Below, piece by piece: positions 57,690-64,000 of a DNA stretch of 64,000 nt. Below the pieces are notes generated by a model that made no database searches, was not told the origin of the DNA, and was given only the letters and a program-made list of their open reading frames with translations. Position numbers and translations under genes: made by a program. Each line of letters starts with the position of its first letter. The stretch's first letter is position 1. Source of the stretch: a virus; IMG/VR virus record IMGVR_UViG_3300031707_000003, positions 32,001 through 96,000 of that record, one strand, 5' to 3'.

Positions 57690-58625
57690 ATGGGTGACGC
57701 GCCTACAAACATCTGCCCCAAGTGCGACGGTCGAGAGTGGATCATCTACGACGATCTCCACGAGGACCCCTGCACTTGCCTTCAAGCGCGGATGCTCCGG
57801 GAGCACCTGGAAAAGCTCGGTCCTGACATCGCGATGGCCCCTAGGCGGCACAGTCCGCTGTTCAACGGTGTCCCCGGAGAGGACGCGATCGACCGAACGA
57901 CAGAGAACCTCTTCATCCACGGTCATTGGCAAAATCTCTGCGTCCACCTCAGATGGGCTCTGTCGGCCAAGCTCCTCAAGTTGTTGAAGGCCAAGCAAAA
58001 GCATAGGGTTCGCATCATCACGGACGAGAGCCTTGTCGATATCTGGTTAGGGAGGAGCGATTACGCCCGCCGCCCGAAAAGTGAACGTGAGGACGGCACC
58101 AGCGTCAACACGCTCTCCGAGTACGTCGGGAGCCACGACCTCCTTATCCTTCGCTTTGGGTTTTTAGGGTACCCCAACAAAGCGCTCCCCGGCATCATCA
58201 AGCAGGCCCTTGGGATCCGTGAAGTGCAACTTAAACCGACGTGGTTGATCGATTCCCCCACGAATGAGTTCGAGACGACGCTCGCGTACAGCTCGGATCT
58301 GGCTCGGTACATCCAAGAGCACTACGAGTCCGTGCGCTTCGACGAGGAGGTCCTGGAGCCGGACCCTGTCCGTGGGCCTACTGTGGTTTCGTCATCGGCA
58401 GAGGCAGATGACGATTCAGACGAAGTGGCCATGGGCGGTGTACCTGCTCCCCCTGTACCCAAAGCATCGCCACCGCCACGTCGTCAACCCATGTCAACTG
58501 AGCAACCTCGCGTGACCCCCGCTGACGACTTGGACCAACCGGGTGGCTCGTCGAAAGGGCGCTCGCAGCCCGGAAGTTACCTTCGTAAAAAAGGCTCTGG
58601 CGGCTGGGGAGGGGAGGATATCTAA
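57690..58625 (+). CDS. DnaC/IstB-like helicase-loader homolog with degenerate ATPase motifs
   Basis: N-terminal CxxC...CxC; 'NLFIHG.......HL' (Walker A position without GKT); 'DLLIL' without acidic Walker B residues; 'R....KPT'. Lies directly upstream of the DnaB-like gene. Confidence 0.6.
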   Translation: MGDAPTNICPKCDGREWIIYDDLHEDPCTCLQARMLREHLEKLGPDIAMAPRRHSPLFNGVPGEDAIDRTTENLFIHGHWQNLCVHLRWALSAKLLKLLKAKQKHRVRIITDESLVDIWLGRSDYARRPKSEREDGTSVNTLSEYVGSHDLLILRFGFLGYPNKALPGIIKQALGIREVQLKPTWLIDSPTNEFETTLAYSSDLARYIQEHYESVRFDEEVLEPDPVRGPTVVSSSAEADDDSDEVAMGGVPAPPVPKASPPPRRQPMSTEQPRVTPADDLDQPGGSSKGRSQPGSYLRKKGSGGWGGEDI

Positions 58626-60091
58626 TGAAGCGCCTCCTTCGGTCGGTCATTGACATCGACGGGCAGTTCACCCAAGAGAACCTCGTTCTCAACTTCCAGA
58701 AGCTCCTTGGGGCCCAAGTCGATTGGGGTCGCCCTGACGACACCAAGGTCTTCACGTACATCCACGGGTACTTCATCCAGCACCTCGAAGTCCCTTCGGC
58801 CACCACGCTCTTCGACCACTTCGAGCGCCTCAAGGACGTCGAGTGCATCGAGCGCATCAAGGACTACAAAGCAGTCCAGGGGTACATCCGGACGAACTTT
58901 ACGCACCTCCTGCAAACCATCCTGGAGGAGCAGAACAAAATCAAGGCCGTCGCGCTCTTGAAGGAAGCGCACGAGATCATCGCTCGTGGCTTGGAGATCG
59001 ACGGCGAGAAGAAGTCCGGTGTTCGGGACGGCCTCATCCACTTCGCGCAGAAGGCGAACGACCTCATCGTCCCGGACTTCAACGCCCGTATTCGAGGCGA
59101 TATCCGTCTCGACGGGCAGGCGATGATCGATGAGTACCAGTTGGCCGAGACCAACAAGGACAAGGTCTGGGGGAAGTTCACGGGGATCAACGAGATCGAC
59201 AAGAACTGTCGTGGCGCCAAGAAGGGCGAGCTATGGGTTCACGCAGCTTACCCAGGTGAGTTGAAGACCACATTCGCTGCAAACTGGTGCTACAACCTCG
59301 TCACCCGCTACAAAACGAACGTCTGTTACGTTTCGTTGGAGATGCCCTATGAGCAGGTGCGTCGCCAAGTCTACACGATTCACACGTCGAACATGCTCTG
59401 GCATCTCCAGGGGATCAAGGCTCTCGACTACCGCAAGATCCGCGACGGCGAGCTGAGCCCGGAGGAGAAGAAGTTCTACCAGGAGCGGGTCGTCGAAGAC
59501 TTCTCGAACAGCCCTCACTACACGAAGTTCGAGGTCGTCACTCCCGACAAGGAGTGGAACATGAACGACATCCGGATGGAGCTGGAGCTGCTTCACAAGC
59601 AGTTCGAGGTCGGCTTCGTTGTCATCGACCACGGCCAGTGGGTTGAGGCTCGCAAGGGCAAGAAGAACAGCAACTACGTTGTCGAGCTGAACTCCGTCGT
59701 TCGTGACGCCAAGCGGCTCGCTCTGCACTTCAACCACCGAGAGGGGATCCCCGTCCTTCTCCTGTGGCAGATCAACCGCGAGGGTAAGGACGACGCCGAC
59801 AAGAGCGATGGCATCTACAAGGCCAAAGCGCTCACGTACGCAAACGAGGTCGAGAAGACGGCAGACGTCATCACCACGACGTACCTCAACGACGAACACC
59901 GCAAGAACGGCACGACCAAGTTCACGAACATCAAGAACCGGGACAACCCCCTCTTCGAGCCCTTTCTCGCACGCATCGACTTCGCTTGCCGCCGCATCCG
60001 CAACATTGGCGTCGACGAGAAGCAGAACAGCGTGATGATGAATGATGAGGTTGACGCGGTCATGGACAGCATGGATCTCTGCCTGGTCTAA
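58625..60091 (+). CDS. dnaB: Replicative DnaB-like (SF4) helicase
   Basis: 'TGINEID', 'GEL...A.PGELKT', 'VSLEM', 'VVIDH', 'K.LA...PV...QINR', 'E..AD' and 'KNR'. Confidence 0.85.
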   Translation: MKRLLRSVIDIDGQFTQENLVLNFQKLLGAQVDWGRPDDTKVFTYIHGYFIQHLEVPSATTLFDHFERLKDVECIERIKDYKAVQGYIRTNFTHLLQTILEEQNKIKAVALLKEAHEIIARGLEIDGEKKSGVRDGLIHFAQKANDLIVPDFNARIRGDIRLDGQAMIDEYQLAETNKDKVWGKFTGINEIDKNCRGAKKGELWVHAAYPGELKTTFAANWCYNLVTRYKTNVCYVSLEMPYEQVRRQVYTIHTSNMLWHLQGIKALDYRKIRDGELSPEEKKFYQERVVEDFSNSPHYTKFEVVTPDKEWNMNDIRMELELLHKQFEVGFVVIDHGQWVEARKGKKNSNYVVELNSVVRDAKRLALHFNHREGIPVLLLWQINREGKDDADKSDGIYKAKALTYANEVEKTADVITTTYLNDEHRKNGTTKFTNIKNRDNPLFEPFLARIDFACRRIRNIGVDEKQNSVMMNDEVDAVMDSMDLCLV

Positions 60092-60723
60092 TGGCTCGCG
60101 ACTTCACCAAGGAAGCCCGGCAAGAGCACAACAATCGGGACGCGTCCCACCGCTGGATCCAGGCGCGTATCGAGGTCATCCGTAAGGGCGTCACGGCCCA
60201 GGACATCCTCCGTCGAAACGGGATCAAGCTACGCGGGAATGGTGACCGGGAGGAGCAGTTCGCTTGCCCCTTTCATGGACGGGATAACAAGCCGTCGGCC
60301 CGCGTGTACCCGGAAACTGTCCGGGGGCCGTCCCATGTCTGGTGCTTCGTCTGTCAGGAGCGTTGGGACGTCATCAGCCTTTGGAAGAAGTTCGGCAGTA
60401 GCGACGCCAAGTTCACCCAAACACTTGGCGAAATCGAGAGGGCATTCGGCATCCTTCCGCCGGAGCGCCCCCCGGCGGACACGGGTGAAATCGGTGACGA
60501 AGAAGATCCCGTGCTCCTCGAAGTCGACATGCTTTTTCATGTCTGCGAGAGTCGCCTCAAAGACGGTCGAAATTCCTTCGACATGAAGAGCTACCTCACA
60601 CTCGGCATGATCCTCGATCGCCTCTACTTCCAGGTCGAAGAGGGTATCGTGAAACCCCCGAAGGCCATCGAGATTCTCAAGACGGTCCTCAACAAGATCG
60701 GCGAGAAAGTCCGTGCCGCGTAG
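60091..60723 (+). CDS. Stand-alone primase-type CHC2 zinc-binding domain protein
   Basis: 'CPFHGRDNKPSA...WCFVC...DVI'; no TOPRIM domain in 210 aa. Confidence 0.75.
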   Translation: MARDFTKEARQEHNNRDASHRWIQARIEVIRKGVTAQDILRRNGIKLRGNGDREEQFACPFHGRDNKPSARVYPETVRGPSHVWCFVCQERWDVISLWKKFGSSDAKFTQTLGEIERAFGILPPERPPADTGEIGDEEDPVLLEVDMLFHVCESRLKDGRNSFDMKSYLTLGMILDRLYFQVEEGIVKPPKAIEILKTVLNKIGEKVRAA

Positions 60724-61153
60724 GGTCAAGGTCCAGACGAAGGAGATGGGCCTCGTCGACCTCTACCTCATCTACGAGACCGGTGGCCTGTGGGAAACCG
60801 AGTGGCAACCCCTTCAAGGGGCGAAAGGGTTCGCGGACCAGTTCGCCACCCTCGACAAAGAGCAGATGGAGCAAGCCTATTTTGGCTGGACAAGGCCCCT
60901 CGTCGCGGCCCTAGGGCCGTCCGGTGAGGGGATGCTGCTCACGGTCCCGACCGCGACGCGGCAGTGCCAGGCGCGGTCCTCGTGCCCTTTTTACCGACCT
61001 CTGGATTGTAGCTCAACAAGCAAGAAAATGCCTTGGTGTTACGTGCCCGAAGGGTTTACGGACACCGAACGAAGTCTTGCTGCTGAGTGCATCCGATTGT
61101 GGCGCGAAGGGGTGTACATCATCGTCGTGAGGGAGCCCACAGATGCCCGTTGA
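60713..61153 (+). CDS. Hypothetical Cys-rich protein
   Basis: C-x5-C-x7-C-x9-C cluster (CQARSSCPFYRPLDC...PWC); overlaps both neighbours. Confidence 0.6.
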   Translation: MPRRVKVQTKEMGLVDLYLIYETGGLWETEWQPLQGAKGFADQFATLDKEQMEQAYFGWTRPLVAALGPSGEGMLLTVPTATRQCQARSSCPFYRPLDCSSTSKKMPWCYVPEGFTDTERSLAAECIRLWREGVYIIVVREPTDAR

Positions 61154-64000
61154 AGAGATCGATGACGAACTCCTGGCCGCTCTCAACGAGTCCCAAGCGT
61201 CAACACCCCAGCCTTCTGCGTCCCCTGCTCTGTCGGTCGAGGACGAGGGGATCGATGAAGTCTCTCCTCCGGTAGCCGCTCGTGCGGTCTCTGCGCCAGC
61301 TACTTCGTTGGAAGAGGAGGGGATCGACGAGGTTCCTCCTCCCGCTGTAGCGCTGGCCCCACCACCCCAAGCGCGTCCCGCAGATGATGACGACTTTGGG
61401 GATACCTTGGAGACGTTCGTTCAGACGAGCGGGCTCCAACAGGAACGGGAGGTCCCGGACATCCAAAAGCCGTGGATGAAATTCCACAAGTTCATCCGAT
61501 GTCAAACGGTTGCAGAGGTCGAAGAGATCGTTGATGCGGCCTTGGCTCACGGTCGTTGTGCACTTGACTTGGAGACCCAGGGTCTCGACAACCGCATCGT
61601 CTGGGATGAGCACGGCAATCCCAGTACCGTCCACCAGATCGTCGGCTTCTGTATCTCGGTTGACGGTGTGACCGGTTACTACATCCCGATTCGGCACAAG
61701 AATTTCGACGGGCCCGACCTCAACGTTCCCGTCGCAGGTGTCGAGGCCGCTATCAAGCGTCTTTGCCTTGCGGCTCAGCCTCAGGGGACGGCCGAATCAA
61801 TCGCTAAGGACCCTCTCTCTTTCCCTCAGTTCACGATCCCACCTCAGGTCGTGATCTACTTCTGGAACGGACAGTTCGATCAGGAGTTCCTTTTCCCCAT
61901 CACAGGGATCGATTGGTGGCACCCGGATTCCTGGGAGGATGGGATGCTCGCCAACTTCACCCGGTACGCAGCCGACAAGGCGTTGGGTCTCAAGTACAAG
62001 GCCCCCGAGGTACTCCGGGATCCTGAGGGCAACGTCTACGAGATGACCGAGCTGAAGGATCTGTTCATCCGTGGGATGGACATCGCGTTCGGCAACCTCG
62101 CCCCTGACGAACCAGGGGTTATCAAGTACGGTGCCTCCGACGCAATCTGCACGTACCTCTTGTGCGATGACCCTCGCCCTCACGAGAAGAAGAGGGAGAA
62201 CCTCATCAAGCTCGTGAAGACAAAGCACGCCTTCACATACCGTTTGGAGAAGCAGGTCGCTCAGGCTGTCCGGGGGATGGAGCGCCATCGCGTTAAGGTT
62301 CATCGGGGTCGCATCAAGGAGCTGTACGACGAGCATGTCCTAGAACGTGACTCGATTCTCCAACGCATCCAGGAATTCGGGGCAACGAAGGGGTGGCACG
62401 GGCTCGATCCCAACTCGTCCAAGCAGCTCTCGGACTTCTTGTTCACGGATGGGCCCAACTGCTGCAACATCACGATAACGGCGACGAAGGACTACCCAGG
62501 CGGCAAGCCCCCCAAGAACGAGAAGTCCGGCCAGTACAAAACGGACGCCGACACGCTCGAAGGGATGGTTGCTGAGAACGCACATGCCCCGCCCGTCCTC
62601 AAGTGGGTCGTCGAATTCCGAGGTGTTGAGAAAATCATCGGAACGTACCTCACGCACCTCCTCAACAATCCTGACAAGAACGACGAGCTGCGTTTCTCGT
62701 TCAAGCAGACGGGAGCGGGCACGGGGCGATTTTCAGCTCCGGCGAACGCGGATAAGCTCGATCACGGGTTCGGAGGGATCCCGATCCATGGGATCCCCGG
62801 TGAGTCGTCGCTCCGAAAGACGTTCATCGCGCGGCCTGGCTACACGATCGCCAAGTGCGACTATGCAGGCCAGGAGCTTCGCATTGCGGCGAACGTCTCA
62901 GGGGAGCCCGTGTGGCTGAGGGAGTTCCTCGAAGGTGATGGGGACCTCCACTCGATCACGGCGAGGGCCTTCTACGGCACGCAAGACATCACCAAAGACC
63001 AGCGTAAGGCCGGAAAGATAGCCAACTTCGCGCTCATCTACGGTGGCGGTCCGCAAGCCATCATGCGAGCGACCGGATGCGATAAGGTTGAAGGGTCGCG
63101 CCGAAAGCAGGCCTTCGACAAGTCCGTCCCAACCTTCGCGGGATGGATCAAGAAGCAGCACGCGGCCGTCAAGAGGGATGAGGGTGTGACCACGGCGTTC
63201 GGACGCTGGCTTGCTGTTCCCGATGCCAACATCAACACTGGCGTTCCTGAGCATGACCGCATGGTTCAAGCTGCGTGTGAGCGGTACTCGACGAACTACC
63301 CCATCCAGGGGGCGGGCGCCGACATCATGAAGATCAGCATGGTCTTGCTCCACAAGGAATTCTTCAAGCGGGGCTGGCTCCGCACGGGCGGGGACGATTC
63401 CGTTCGCATGCTCATGACGGTGCATGACGAAATTGTCTTCGAGATCAAGCATGACCGTGTAGCCGAGGCCATCCCTCTCATCGTGAAGGTGATGGAGTCC
63501 CCGACGAAGCTCGCCAAGCCCTCGTGGCGAGTTCCTCTCATCGTCGAACCCCTCATCGGACCGAACTGGGGTTCAGGCTACAAGTGTGAGCATGCCAAGC
63601 CGGGTCATGGGCCCAAGCCAAACGAGATCCTCGTCCAAGGCTTCATCTACGGTAGGATCCGTGTGGTCGATCTGGGCAAGGACAAGCCCGAGGAGTCCGA
63701 TGGGGAGGTCGAAGACTTCCGCGATGAGAAGGGGAAGAAGATTGGCATCCGTATTGTCGACCCCCCGTGGCTGCGGAATGTCACTCCTGACGACCCGAAC
63801 GCACCGCCGGGAGAAGCACCGCCGGAAGGAGGCTCTGAAGGAGAGCCTCCGAAGTCACCCTCCGCAACCCCTGGGCCTACCGATGCCGATTCTCCGGTTG
63901 ACCTAGCGGCAGAGGGTATTCCGACGGAAGTGGCGCCCCCGGTGACCGCGCCCCCACCGGCACCCAAACATGCCTCTCCCCCCGCAGCGGCGAAGAAGAA
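61143..64000 (+). CDS. polA: Family A DNA polymerase with 3'-5' exonuclease (3' partial; not in the ORF track because there is no stop in the window)
   Basis: Manual translation from ATG 61143: ExoI 'ALDLETQGL' (~61560), ExoII 'WNGQFD', ExoIII 'YGASDA', 'TGRFS', motif A 'DYAGQELR' (62859), motif B 'RKAGKIANFALIYG', 'NYPIQGAGAD' and motif C 'VHDE' (63420), all in one frame. Confidence 0.95.
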   Translation, partial: MPVEEIDDELLAALNESQASTPQPSASPALSVEDEGIDEVSPPVAARAVSAPATSLEEEGIDEVPPPAVALAPPPQARPADDDDFGDTLETFVQTSGLQQEREVPDIQKPWMKFHKFIRCQTVAEVEEIVDAALAHGRCALDLETQGLDNRIVWDEHGNPSTVHQIVGFCISVDGVTGYYIPIRHKNFDGPDLNVPVAGVEAAIKRLCLAAQPQGTAESIAKDPLSFPQFTIPPQVVIYFWNGQFDQEFLFPITGIDWWHPDSWEDGMLANFTRYAADKALGLKYKAPEVLRDPEGNVYEMTELKDLFIRGMDIAFGNLAPDEPGVIKYGASDAICTYLLCDDPRPHEKKRENLIKLVKTKHAFTYRLEKQVAQAVRGMERHRVKVHRGRIKELYDEHVLERDSILQRIQEFGATKGWHGLDPNSSKQLSDFLFTDGPNCCNITITATKDYPGGKPPKNEKSGQYKTDADTLEGMVAENAHAPPVLKWVVEFRGVEKIIGTYLTHLLNNPDKNDELRFSFKQTGAGTGRFSAPANADKLDHGFGGIPIHGIPGESSLRKTFIARPGYTIAKCDYAGQELRIAANVSGEPVWLREFLEGDGDLHSITARAFYGTQDITKDQRKAGKIANFALIYGGGPQAIMRATGCDKVEGSRRKQAFDKSVPTFAGWIKKQHAAVKRDEGVTTAFGRWLAVPDANINTGVPEHDRMVQAACERYSTNYPIQGAGADIMKISMVLLHKEFFKRGWLRTGGDDSVRMLMTVHDEIVFEIKHDRVAEAIPLIVKVMESPTKLAKPSWRVPLIVEPLIGPNWGSGYKCEHAKPGHGPKPNEILVQGFIYGRIRVVDLGKDKPEESDGEVEDFRDEKGKKIGIRIVDPPWLRNVTPDDPNAPPGEAPPEGGSEGEPPKSPSATPGPTDADSPVDLAAEGIPTEVAPPVTAPPPAPKHASPPAAAKK

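Noticed and set aside
1-64000. CRISPR arrays, tRNAs, rRNA, DGR template/variable repeats and invertible cassettes
   Set aside because: I saw no nucleotide-level repeat arrays, cloverleafs, reverse transcriptase or recombinase, and the intergenic gaps are all under about 75 nt. A tRNAscan/self-dotplot run would be needed to exclude them formally.
1-64000. Alternative genetic code (stop-codon reassignment)
   Set aside because: The standard code gives near-complete coding density, and TAA, TAG and TGA all end genes at plausible boundaries.

Overview
This 64-kb window is a gene-dense, GC-rich (about 60% by eye) segment of a large contractile-tailed phage genome. All credible genes are on the + strand, and many are coupled by TAATG/TGATG overlaps. 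About 1-49 kb is a very large tail/baseplate operon. It encodes two paralogous tube-initiator/hub-like domains (one fused to a lysozyme-like domain), a baseplate hub, a central spike, gp25-like, gpJ-like and gpI-like wedge proteins, two tail-collar-like paralogs, two paralogous fibre-anchor proteins, giant Ig/LamG-repeat proteins and a beta-helix tailspike. About 49-54.5 kb holds a holin-like protein, a single-TM protein, small helical proteins with shared N-terminal motifs, a secreted beta-barrel-like protein, a GIY-YIG homing endonuclease, an AdoMetDC (SpeD)-like enzyme and a J-domain protein. About 54.5-64 kb is a replication module: an intein-containing SNF2 helicase, a DnaC-like protein with degenerate Walker motifs, a DnaB-like helicase, a stand-alone primase zinc-binding domain and a family A DNA polymerase that runs off the window and is absent from the ORF track. 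Two recurrent upstream motifs (a pyrimidine tract followed by TAT[C/G], and CCGGTGTAGT) look like late and early/middle phage promoters. I saw no tRNA, rRNA, CRISPR array, integrase, capsid, sheath or tape-measure gene. All functional calls come from reading motifs by eye; no database search was run.
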